Shown here piece by piece: positions 12,718-25,654 of a DNA stretch of 64,000 nt. The notes beneath the pieces are model-generated. The model did no database searches, was not told the DNA's origin, and saw only the letters and a program-made list of their open reading frames with translations. Origin of the DNA: Magallana gigas (lineage: Eukaryota); contig NC_088857.1 of the NCBI RefSeq assembly GCF_963853765.1, positions 54,312,001-54,376,000 on the forward strand, written 5' to 3'. A program made the position numbers and the translations under genes. Numbering within the stretch: the stretch's first letter is position 1; each line of letters begins with the position of its first letter.

Positions 12718-13450
12718 ACCGAGCGCAGCGAGAGGCGGGCGAAGCCCGCCTCGCGAAGCGAGGATTAATGGTAACACGTATATATAAGAAAATCAGTGAA
12801 AAATGAATGTTGAATCAGGGGTACTAAGGCCAAAAAAAATTTCTTCCAGCCCTGGGCGCCGCCATATTGGCAGCCATTTTGTTTTTAAAAAGTTAGTTCG
12901 ATCATTGATTGACCGGTACTTTTCGATGTTTATTGCCCCTAAACTCGCTTTAAGAAGTTCCAGTGTTTCAATAGAAGTGAATCTGAATTAAAAGAAATTA
13001 AAAATGAAACCAGATAAGTTTTAAAAGTGCTTCAATCAAGAAACACGACTTGTTCTATGTATGTCTTATCAAATTATCAGATGGAAAATAAAAACATTAA
13101 CGTCAAGGAACTGATCTTTTAGATACTGAACAAAGTATGCAATTTTATTACAGCGGCATTCATATGAATTAAATTGATGAACAATAAAACAAGAAATAAA
13201 AAAAATTCGGAATCACGTAACTGTCTTCGGCTTTTTCCGAAGACAAAACTTGAACGTTTTACGTCTGAAATATGACGTCATAATGTAGACTGAGCACGCG
13301 ACGTTTAGTTTAATTTTTACGAATGATTTGAGTAGGCAACCATGCAGGCGGATCTTACTGTGTGCGTTTGAAATAGATTTTATTTTACAAAAATCAAACT
13401 GCACTGTGTTAAATCTGCGCTCGGTCCAACGGTCACACCGTTTACATATT
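12718..13450 (+). mobile_element. HINE-like element, copy 2, head-to-tail with copy 1
   Basis: Same 5' and 3' structures as copy 1, and collinear with it apart from the insertion. Confidence 0.75.
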
Positions 13451-14012
13451 ACATTTCTATATGTAAAATGGCTGGCACGGCACGTTTATAGGATCAAACT
13501 ATGAGGGCGGATAGCATCAAAACCATCCGGTCAATTTCGTTTTAATTTGGCAAAAAGTTTACTTATACGTTAACCTTTCATCGCTGAAAATTAAAAGAAA
13601 ATCGTATGTTTGTAATTTTTTAAATATGAAATTGAAAATGAAAACCCTCATTTTCATATATAATCATATATAGAATGTCGGTGATGAATCGGACATACGA
13701 CCAAAATTTGAGCGCGGCATACAGATAAACTATCCGGTCAATTTACTTTATATTTTGCACATAGTTTTCTCATAAGTTGGCATTTCACTGTAAAAAAAAA
13801 TTAAAGGAAATCGTATGTTTGAAACATTCTCCCCCGAGACTCCTTAAAGATGTTTAATTACCTTTAAGTTTTAATTAAGTATGTTCCAAAAATAAGGAAA
13901 TATTAATAATGAGGAAAAGTGGACTGTCCGGAAATCACTGATTTAGAACCGTGAACTCTTCAGCTTTTACGTTTACATCGTTCCTTCCAGTGTTGTGGAA
14001 AATTTCAGAAAG

Positions 14013-14264
14013 ATGGTAAGTCAAATAATTAAAGCATATTTAACTTTGCGAAAACATATTTTGAAGGAAATATGCTTTTTTTCATTTATAGCTATGTTTA
14101 TATACTATGCTAGCTGTCTTGTAAATCTCACGAGAGCCTGAAACATGCAATATTTTAATGATTTTCTTTAAGTCGTCAGATTCAGTAAATATCAACAAAC
14201 TATAGATAAAACAATAATACAATACTTTATATTGCAGTTCGTTGGAAATTCTTGTGAATTATAA
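14013..14264 (+). other. Spliced 9-codon uORF (MFVGNSCEL*) in the leader of the zinc-finger gene; intron 14016-14237
   Basis: ATG|GTAAGT donor and TTTATATTGCAG| acceptor. The stop lies 4 nt before ATG 14269. Confidence 0.5.
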
Positions 14265-14268
14265 AGTT

Positions 14269-15102
14269 ATGCACAGATATACGCAAGCAAACAATTTGGT
14301 GAGATATACTATGACGTCATATTCTTTAGTGCCCGCGGTATGTAGCAACGTGACCTATACTTCCCAAACAGAGAACAACTTTACAGCCATATGTGCACAA
14401 AATCTCTTTACAACAGGCAGCATAACTATACATCCTCTTGAGGTACCTTCTGTTGAAATGCCTTCTCCGAGATCGCAAACTTGGCCCAACATTAATCCAA
14501 CTACCCCAGGCAACGAAAATGAGAGACTTAAATCATTGACCCCTAGAGGGAATGCACATACACCCGATTTGGAGATGCACCGTGAGTCTTTTCCTGCAGA
14601 GGGAGAACCGGGGAATAGAGTCATTGACAATACTGCTAGTAAGAGTTCCCAGAGTAAAAGCAGTACAGGAAAGAAAAGGGGAAGATTAAATTCCAAAGAG
14701 AAGAGTAAGGTCAATGAGAAAGAGAAGAACAAAAAGAAGAGCAAGGCGGACGGAAAAGAGAACAAGAAAATGGTTCCATCTGAGAATCCCGAGATCCGCG
14801 CCCTGCTCCAGCACAACTACCCTGGTAGAAGCGATGAAGATAGCCTTGTCTGTTATATCTGCTCTGATGCGTTCGATGAACCTGTTCATCTCAAGAACCA
14901 CATCGTAAACCTCCACCTACGTCATATCCCGATCCAGGAGTTCGCGGTATGTCCGGCCTGTGGGCTGGTCTGTAGGTCGCGCTCCCAGTTTGTAGAGCAC
15001 GCTCTCAAGTCCAGGAATGCTTGCCGATCTTTGGTGAAACGTAAAGAAAAACCGGCAACTGTAAAAAAGAGAAAAAAGGTGAAAAGTAGCATTTCTATGT
15101 AG
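14269..15102 (+). CDS. Zinc-finger protein, 277 aa, with a Lys-rich NLS-like region, one C2H2 finger and one C2HC-type finger
   Basis: CYIC-x12-H-x4-H and CPAC-x12-H-x7-C. The first in-frame ATG after the acceptor is at 14269; later ATGs are also possible starts. Confidence 0.75.
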   Translation: MHRYTQANNLVRYTMTSYSLVPAVCSNVTYTSQTENNFTAICAQNLFTTGSITIHPLEVPSVEMPSPRSQTWPNINPTTPGNENERLKSLTPRGNAHTPDLEMHRESFPAEGEPGNRVIDNTASKSSQSKSSTGKKRGRLNSKEKSKVNEKEKNKKKSKADGKENKKMVPSENPEIRALLQHNYPGRSDEDSLVCYICSDAFDEPVHLKNHIVNLHLRHIPIQEFAVCPACGLVCRSRSQFVEHALKSRNACRSLVKRKEKPATVKKRKKVKSSISM

Positions 15103-16267
15103 GATCTGTGTCACTAGAATTGAAAGTCACACAGAGTTCACCAGCCCTGGACTGTTTCACTCGCTCGGTAATCAGTAAAGCTATACCGACTTGTAAACTT
15201 ATTTATGTTTTACGATTATAGTTCAAGATGTTGAATTTTGACTTCTTTATTCACAGTTGACGATATTTGATGTTTGTATTTGGCGTAACATTGATAGCTT
15301 TATTATGGTTTAAAGACTTGATCAGGTCGACGATATTCCGGTGATTGCTTAGCTGTGTAATTGGGGATAGCTAATGCTCAATTGTAGGAAAAGTCAATAT
15401 TGACGGTGGTCTCATGTAGAATAATCCCGGGGTTTGGTGGTATTGAATCCCAGGATCTATGTCTGTCCCGATATTGTTGTCTGTTTTTAATGCAGTTTAA
15501 TTCGAGCCAGTCAAAGTATTGTGAGATTGAGAAGTTGATATTTCTGCAAGCAATTTCAATGTCATATGTTTGAATTCATTTTGCTAAATTGTTAACCAGT
15601 TACCTCTTCGTTATCTAGACATGTTTCTTTAAATTGTGAAACTAGATCTGGTGTTTTGCATGTCCCAAGCGATCCAATTTGGTTTTAACCCATTGCTTCT
15701 AGTTTCAATAGTTTGTATGGTTTTAACCCATTGCTTCTAGTTTCAATAGTTTGTATGTTGTATCTTTATTATTTATTAAAAAATATAACAAAACAATCCA
15801 CATTTTCATGTTCCCTTTGGGTGAATAGAATATATACATTAAAACAAAGTTTCATATACACATATACATGTAAATACTAAAAAGTTGGTTACATCCCAAT
15901 TAATGTTGACATACTGGCACAAAGTGATTCAAAGACCGATTAACAGGCTTAACAGGCTTATAAAGTGTATAATACTGATATAGTGATATGGAATGACCGT
16001 CCAATCAACAGTTCATCGCTGGTTATTCCTACCCTGATAGACAAGATTATCCATGGTATACTAGTAATAAGTGCAGGCACTCGTGAAGGAATCTCCCACT
16101 CCTTTTCTCAATATATGGAATGCAGACAAATTCCCCAAAACTGTGTCGTTTAAAGCATCGTGTTATACCGAATCCATGAAAAATAAATCATAACTGTTTT
16201 CAAAGTATGGCGTTAAATCTTCAAGAAAGAAATTCATGGCAGTCAATTCCATTTTCCGGAAGTGACG

Positions 16268-19200
16268 TTATTCCACCATGACGGATGTTCTGGCAGTAGT
16301 GACGTCAGATTCAGAGTACGTATGCGAGACCTGTTCATGTTGGGCGTTGTTGCGTTTTCTGAGCTTTAGCGCGATTTTTCTGTTGACGTCGACCAGCGCC
16401 TTTTTCATCGCTATTTCTGCCCTCTCGTCGCCTGCAAAGAAAGGTTTTAATTAAATACTATGTATGATAAAGTAATCTCGATCGGGAAATAAAACATAAA
16501 AAAGAAATATCTGATTTTTTCATATCTTTATTTTCAAAACTTTTCATACAGTTATCTGGCATTCCTGGATAGCTTTAATATAAAATAAAACCTTCCGGAT
16601 TAGGAATATAGATATTGTAATATGAACGTGTTAGTGCTTATTCAAATCCTGCTTACGCCATGTTGTTTTTAATAAGTTGGAATGAAAATCCTTACTTAAA
16701 TTACGAAATGTTATTTACAAAAAGATGTAATAAATCATGATCTAAAAATATTGAAGTTCCGCATACCAAGTGATTTCGCATGATCCAAAGCTCTCTCGAA
16801 GGAACCATGGGCCTTTTCGTATTTTTTCATGTTAACTAGTACAAAAAGAAAAGAAAAATCAAATGTTGAGTACCTTATACATGTAGAAATTAGGTAGAGC
16901 AAAAACTTTGTGGTCTTAAACTTTCTTACCTTCGGCCAACCCCACTAATACGCATGCCTGGAGCTGTTGCTGTACGTTCCCAGACTCCTCTGCGGCTTTT
17001 AGCGACTTGCGACCGGCTTCTCTGGAGCTGTGAAAATTGTTCAGCATCAGGAAACAATTTCCGATCTCGTGGAACAAAGAGGCCGTCTCCCGGGGTGTGA
17101 TACAGAGTGGTGCTTTTCTGGTAAACCTGCATGGAAGAGCGAAACAACGCCAAAAGTAATGATATATACAAAGACATGGAGTTAACAACATCATTACCGT
17201 CTGAGGGCGGTACTCACATATCGAGGGCCCTGTTATATTTCCCTTTCATCATTAATACACGCCCGGTGTTTCCAAGAGCTCTGTACCTTATGTTCCTTTT
17301 GTCTCTAAGAAAAAACAAAGAAAGCCTTTGATAAAGTAAACACATAATTAAAAATACAAGCATGATACAGAAGTCGAGAAATATGTAACTAAATGAAGGA
17401 GACTAACAGCTGGTCCCCTATCGTTAGATCCATCTGATGATATTCAAGGGCAAGGTCCAAGTTCCCCAGCTGCATTGTGGCGTTGCCAAGGTAACTGTAT
17501 AGATCTGAAATCATTTCGAACTTCTCAGGGACGTCGGAATCAGGATATCGGCCCAGAAGTTCCAGACACGCCTTGCATCGGTCCTGGACACGTCGGAATT
17601 TGTTTGAACTGAAATCTGACATTAAAAAAAACAGTGTTTTTTTTAATTTGTTTACAATTAATGGTTTTATTATTGACATTCACATTGATCTGCATCCTTA
17701 TTACCTTCGTCAATTGCATTCATTTCTTTATTCATGAAATCAATCAGTGATTTTTTGGCTGTATCTTCCTGACTTTGATCCGTCTCCGGTTCTGAAGTTT
17801 TACTGTTCTCAACAGCTTCTGTTTCCTGTTCCTCCAATATTTCTGTCATTTTCCTTTGATGAAACTCGTCAAATAGTTTTATGGAAGGGAATTTGAATTC
17901 TACTTGGCTGGGGTCAGGCTTGGAGCTCGCTTTATCTGCTTTACTGCTTGATGAACGTCTGGTTGATTTGGCGGTTTTAAACGTTTGGATGGAGTCTGTG
18001 GACTTCCACGTGCTTTTGGTGTCCGTGGTTTTGTAACTATCCATTGAATTGACAGACATCGTACTGCCGCTGAAACGACTCCGGAATCTCCTCGCTGGTG
18101 GTGGAGGTGGAAGTGGTCCTAGCCTATCCCAGTAGGCAGCGCGATCTAACAGGAAGTTGAGACCGTCTTCCGCCATGTCTCCAACCGGGCTTCCGGCGCT
18201 ACCCATGACAGCTGAAAATTACAGATACATTAATTTTGAATATGAAATTTTGACACCTATAGTTAATAATTTCTTTTAAATCTCAGACTAATGGGAGTTA
18301 TAAGTAAGGCAAAATATATGCAAACTTACCCGGGAATCTATCGTCCACAACCAAGTCCTGTAGATATTTCTTGTCCCTATACAACTTGCCCATGGTCGTC
18401 TTGACGACGCGACTCTCGGGCCTCTTCTCGTCGTAGTTCAGCACGGCGCTGTCGTCCTCGTTGACCTGGTGGAATGACTCGGTCAAGGTCACTGCCGGCG
18501 TCTTGTGGATACGGATCAGTTGACACAGCGGCCGAGTGTTAAAGGTGGCGCTCGGAACTTGAAGGCTCTGGGATCTGACGACCGGCTTCTTCCACACAAA
18601 GGGCTCTGTCTGTGGCTACAGTGTGAGAGGGTTAGGACTTAGGGGGTGGGCTTACACAAGAGGGTGTAGCATTAAACGATCGTAGATTTTCTTGATTATT
18701 GAGTGACTAATGTTGTCTGAGAGCTGTTAAATGCTATATGTATCCGAGGAAGACACCAGAAATCAGTAACTTACCACTTTATGGACCAGAAAAGTAAGAT
18801 CCCCTGCCTCCGTTAGTTTCATTCGTCTTCCTGCAAACCAATTCGTCAAGAATTAATATAATAAGAAGGGAGTGGGAATCATCACCGGGACAGGGGCATT
18901 TATCATACCTACCCCGACTCTTCCGGCCTTTGTTGATCCCCATTTCGGCCTTTTCTATCCCGATCAGAAAGTCCTTGTTCTTGGGATAGTGTTTATGGCC
19001 CCGGTTGTAGAAGACTAAGGCTAATTCATAGTCAGATGACTGGTACAACAGGCTAGCTTTCTGGAGCAAGGCCTACAAGTATACACGTATATCAAAGGCA
19101 TTATCTAACAGATTGATTTACCAAATATGAACTATTAATATAACTTTACATTATATCGGTTCAGTATCTTAAACTTAATGGGCCACATGGTTGTGGACTT

Positions 19201-22200
19201 TTTTAAAACAACAAATGACTAAATTTGTTTAAAATATTAAAAGGCTTCTAATAAAAAAACACACAGCAAATGTACATGTCGATTTGTACTGTACATAGTT
19301 ATGTATACTGTATATATAACGATGTACAAGAAGCTATGTACTGTACGTAGTATAGTCAAAATCCGTTATTTTACCTTATGATTATTTTTTGATGTCATAA
19401 ATGTAACGGTAATGTAAGAAAGCAGAATTGGTGCTTCAGCTGTTTTTAACTATTTGTATGCTTAGTTACTATGTCTGAATTATATACAATTTTACAAAGA
19501 GTGGCCAGTAATGTAACAAATTATAGCTACATTGCATAACTATCTATCTGTATCAATGTAAGTTATTGACAATGAGAGACCTATTATACTGTGTACCAAC
19601 GCTATATAACATAAGGTAGATTTACTTTATTTACTAATCTATTTACAATGTTAGAGAGAACAATACCGTATATTAATGTTAAGGTGGTATGGGACACCTG
19701 TCGATATTAATGTGAATAAAGGAACTTGTCTTGATGTAAGAAATAGATAGTTACGTCCTAGCGAAAGTCCAAGGTTCTAACTATACAACATGAGACTGCT
19801 AATGTAAGCATTTGTTAGCTTTCCACCATTTTGTATCAAAGTTAGTAAGAAACTGCTAGCAGAATTTTAGTAATTCATTTCTTTTACCAAATGTGAGCTA
19901 TACAACATGAGACTAATTGTACTTTATAGCAAAAGGTTTCAAACGTTGGCTATACAACAAGAGACCAAATATAGTTTCTCGTACTAAAATAAGCATTTTA
20001 TCGCTAAATGTACCAAATTACAGCTAAACATCATGATACAATCTTGTAGTCGGTCAAAACGATAGCTACCACAATTAAGAAACTACCTGCACGCATGTAT
20101 TACATGTATAGGTAATGAATGCTGAGTCGCTGACCGACAACAGTTACACAATGTAATACATCAAGTATATATATCTTACAAAAATGAAGAAAAGATACAA
20201 GAAAACGGTACTCATGTGGAGGATATAGATACCTTTCACGAAAAATGAGACGCTCATTTGGTCCTTTAGAGGCTCCTTATTCACTTTCGATTTTACGGTT
20301 ACTTTTGTATCGATATCTTTATTGTAGGTATGAAACGGGTGCTAGCTATTACTGCTTGCTCAATTAATTCCTCTAATTACACGGCCTTAATGACATCCAC
20401 CAAGGTCTACTTCTCTAGCACTAGACTCTTGCAATATAACGTATATAGATCAAACATTTCAAGAATAATATTTCCAGAGCTGAATAGACTTACTAGTGTT
20501 TTTGACAAACCCCGAACAAAGCCCATTTCACGTAACGCAGGGCATTCAGAAGACTTTAAAACTAACATTGACAATTTTCTATATTTTCATGTTACAATTC
20601 TTTAAACGACCTCGGGGCTTAGTCTTTATGCTTACAGCATTCGTTAGATTAAAAACTTCATTAGCTAGAATAAATTGATCATGCTTTTTATGGAAGGGAA
20701 TTACCGCCAAAATGCTATGTATCTTGCTTTTATTCTCATTATGCTTACTTCTTTATTCTTCAGTACATTTACACTTGCATGTCACTTTATTGTTTTCATA
20801 TTCATGCTTATCCAATTTCACTTTGATTCTCTTTGATCCTTTATTGTTTGCTTATTTCTATGTTGCAATATCCTCTTCTTATTCGTGTAAATTCTTTCTT
20901 CTATCTCTGTTAGAAACGTGAATTCAAACACGCAAACCATAAGGCACTTTGAATAAAGACGAATACAAGTTGCATGAATTTAATGCTGCATTATGACGCC
21001 AGGCGGCAGTGTGTGCGCTACAATTGCTGCTCCCAAAGATTTATTAAAACGAAACTAACAAATGGCATAAATTTGATAAACTCGTGAAAACATCTGAAAT
21101 TAAGGGCTTAGTATAGAAATATGAAATACATGTAAATATAGTCAACTTTAAACAAGCCATGATATACACAGACTCAAAAATTAAGATACTGGTTTTTTTT
21201 TTTTTGTATACACGTACAATGCCTCCGCGCGGTTCTAAAAAAATCACAGGGGGGTGGGGGGGCTGAGAGATAATTTTGTATTAATTATTTTATTGGTTAA
21301 TTAAATAAGTGTGAATTTTCCATTGGGGGTGGATCTGATTTCATTCTAGATCCGCAATGCAATGTACCGTGTATATATATGCAGTAACAAATTATTTGCA
21401 AATTATTTGCATGAACGGTTAATTTTTAGAAGAGGAACATGTCATACATTGTAAGTACTTGTCGACAGGACTTAATTTTCATTTGAAGTAAAAAGAGGTG
21501 GGGTGGTGCACGGTTCTGTCCAGAGGTACCCGTGCAACATGTTGATGAAATAGAAATAAAATAAACCAAATTTAAAGATGTTTTTGAAAAACAATAAAAG
21601 GACTGGGGTACGAAATGCTTAGAATTAGCTTTTCCTGTACTCTAGTACGGGTGAAAATTATCACTTTCATGAACCACTATGTATCTCTCGTTAGGCTACA
21701 GTACTGTGTATCCCTGATTAATAATTCCGGGTTAAAAACTTAAAAACTACAGGTTTTAAAATATCACTTATTTTTCTAAAAGTTTTGAACTTGTGATATG
21801 AAAAAAAAGTTTGGTGCATGCGATTTTATATTCTTGCGATTCGGCACAGAACGGTGGAATCGCAGAAGTAAATATACGTATACGCAGTAAAATTAACGAA
21901 TTTGAGTACATGTACATGTATCAGTGACTTAATTACACAATGAGTAAACGAAAACAAACCAGGCAAAGAGATTAAAATACGGTATGTGATATGACTGTTT
22001 ATACGTTTTGGTTTAAAATCTAAATCAAATCTTAATTAAAAAAAATTATAGAAATTTCAAAATAGAATACTTCTTTTTCTTCCAAAATACATGTATAAAA
22101 TATAAATAATGTATGCTTCTTATTTACACAGATTTTTGAAGTGATAAAAATGTGTATGTATCACTCACAACCATGTTTATTGTAGGTTTGTTTATTTTAA

Positions 22201-25200
22201 TAAAAATCATGTACATGTAACTGAATGTCCATGTTTAGATTTGAAGGTGTTTAAGCTATGATACATGTAACTAGAGACATGAACCTCATACATGTGTACC
22301 TGTCGACCGACTTCCATATCAAGCTTGCGATGATAATAATTATGATACGGATGCTAATTTTGAGAACTGTAAGATTATACCGTCTCATATACATGTATAT
22401 AACACTGATGCGCAGACTAAAAATTTATTGTATTTTAGGGGGGGGGGGGTCCAGTCACCCCACCATTCTTGAAAATTCAAACTTTTTTAAATTCACATAG
22501 TAAACCTACTGAAAACAGAACTCGACCTATCCCCCACCCCCTCCCCGGCAAACAAAATTATAAAGTATCCCTTAGTACATAAACCTCCCCTCCATTTCTT
22601 TATCTGAACATATAAACATTGGAGCGAAATGTCATGGTGCGAAACATCCCACATTTTTATTAAGTTAGCTACGTTGTTGGGTTTTTTTTCGGGGAGCAGC
22701 AATTGTAGCGCGCACACTGCCGCCTGGCGTCATAATGCAGCATTAAATTCATGCAACTTGAATTCGTCTTTATTCAAAGTGCCTTATGGTTTGCGTGTTT
22801 GAATTCACGTTTGTAACAGAGATAGAAGAAAGAATTTACACGAATAAGAAGAGAATGTTGCAACATAGAATTAAGCAAACAATGAAGGATCAAAGAGAAT
22901 CAAAGTGAAATTGGATAAGCATGAATATGAAAACAATAAAGTGACATACAGGTGTAAATGTAATGAAGAATAAAGAAGTAAGCATAATAAGAATAAAAGC
23001 AAGATACATAGAATTTTGGCGGTAATTCTCTTCCATAGCTTTTTACATATACATGCCACTATTGTAATCTCCGTTCTTGTTGAATGACATTGATTTTTAG
23101 ATTTACGATGCGTTCTATTAAAATCCGTACTGAAAGATCTTGTTATAGAGCGCAGGCACTTGAGGTATTGACATACCCTTTCAAGTATCTTGACAATTAA
23201 AAAAAATCTGGGGCAGACACGTATTTTTTTTCTCTTTTTCTTAATTTTTTCCAATATGCTTAATGTATTTAATCACTGGTATGTAACCTTTTTTGTCTAT
23301 ATAAACAACTTTCCTATCGCGTGAAAACATTTGTTTTCAATTGAATGATAATGCAACGAATAACTTAATACATCTCAATTGATAATGAATTTATGAAAAC
23401 ATGAAGTATCTTGAGAACGACTGTGTTGGTCGTGGATTTCTCACGTTATTGTTTCGGTTGTGTTGAAGTTCTTAAAAAAATATTAGGTAAAATGCAAGAG
23501 GAATTAAAAGGAAATTAAATTATATCATATATTAGTAAAATTTTAACCAATGCAATTTTGTTTTTACTTTTATCCACGTTCCATAGTTTGAATTAGTGAT
23601 AAACAAAAGAGGTAGATGAGCTCACCTCAAACCTTTCCAGTAAGAAATACTTGATTAAACTACCTTTGTTTACTAACTTACCTTTCCAAATGCAAATAAT
23701 CCATAGGTTTCAAATTGTCAGTATTTTAATTTGATCTCATCAAAGGTAGGTTTCGGACGTTAATGTATACAACTACATAGATGTAGATCTTAAATCCTGT
23801 CCAAAATATTGGAAAGCATTGCTAGCGGAACCTTCTAAACTTGTTCTCGTGTTTCTAGAGATTTTTTTTCTTCATAAAAATTAATCAATTTCCTAAAATG
23901 TGAGACTGGTTTATTCAAGCAAAAAAACAAACACTTCTTTTATAATACATCGATTAAAATCTATTGATATTTATTGTTAACAAACAATTTGAGTTTGAGA
24001 AGTAGATCAAAATAGTGTCAAACTGCCACAGTACTTCCAATATATTTAGTATGAATGGGAGAATTTTCATGAAATTTTTATCTCGGTTTATACATATTTA
24101 CGTATGTAAAATATTTCAGACTTTTTTCTATTTATTTATTGACAATTACCATGTCGGCATACAGTCATGAGTACGAGTTACATAAAAAAACAAAACTTCA
24201 AACATAAGCATGCAAAGTTAAACATTAGCTTAATATATATCTTCAATGGACAAAACAATGGGTGAACAAAACTAAGCTTGTAAATTACTGGCATTCATAA
24301 ACTTGAGTATTAAGTGTTCATATTGTTGACTTTCCTATCAAGCGTTGAAACAGTTTTTTTTAGAACATATTCTCCTAGCAGCTGTAATGTTTTTAGGATT
24401 AACAAGTTCTCTAATGGAATTGACGTTTTTGTATGTGTTCACATTAAAAGATCATTATAATACAATCTACATTGGTCATATCTTGAACAATACAATACAA
24501 AGTGTTTCTCATCTTCAGCAAACAATTTGCCAAAATAACAAGTACACAGACGTTTTTCTCTTGGTACAGGAAGTTTAGAATATCTACCAGTTCAATAAAT
24601 AATGAATGGACACGGATTCTGATTCTAAACTTTGTTAGGACAGATCATTCACATTTTTTAAAAGGTAGTTTTAAGTAATGTTGTGGTTCGTATTAAAAAT
24701 TATAAACAATAAATATATATGTGCTACATGTACGTATCTAATTTTATTTACTCTATATAAATGTACTTCTTACCTACATGTAGTGTGGCGTTCGCCCAAA
24801 TGGACGGTTGATAATTCGCTTGCACAGTATACATCACATTTTCCTCATAATCAAATATTAGTATCAGTTACTTTTCTTTAAAAAAAAAAGGATGGGGGGT
24901 TCTCGCAACTCTCAATCAATCTGTTAATTAGGGGCGAGTACATGTGTCCCCACCAAAACAACAAAGGAACACACCGTGGGGCGGGAGATGGGGGCGGAGA
25001 ACAGTTCTCTCAATACACAACCGATGTCTGCCCACACTAAAAATAGTGCGTACTGAATAAAAAACAAATGAATACTTTCTTTCAGTAAGTGCTAAGAAGT
25101 GGATTAAACTGATAGGATTTTTCTGCCATTTGAAATGTGTCAACGGCCACGGGGGAGACGGACAAATGTAATCTGTTTTAATGGATTTCTCTGACAATGA

Positions 25201-25575
25201 AATTCACCTGAGATATCAATTATGATCGATACGAAACCTATAATCGCATTTCTAATCGCCCGTGAAAACGATCAGAAAAATATTCAAAATTCAAAAGTAC
25301 AGAGAAGGGCAAACGCCGAAAAAATAAAAGCTATCAAACGGGAGACTCGGGATATTAATGGGAGAATCGTGTTTTGTCAGACGGCGCATGATTGTAATCT
25401 GACCGTCAAATCATCTCTTCTTTGTTTACTTTTCAAAAATACATTTAAAGAACAAATATTTAATATTTATCATGCATTATTTTTTTTTTCAACGCTTTAC
25501 AATCGATTAAATGCTTGATCTGAAAATAAACGGCAATAAACCGATAAATCAGTGCTCCCCAAAGTGATTATCTTC

Positions 25576-25654
<79 letters not shown>

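Noticed and set aside
14355-15114. Antisense and alternative-frame ORFs over the zinc-finger CDS
   Set aside because: Mirror the Lys-rich purine tract; no independent signal
15681-15756. 38-bp perfect duplication in the zinc-finger 3' region
   Set aside because: Simple local duplication with no functional signal
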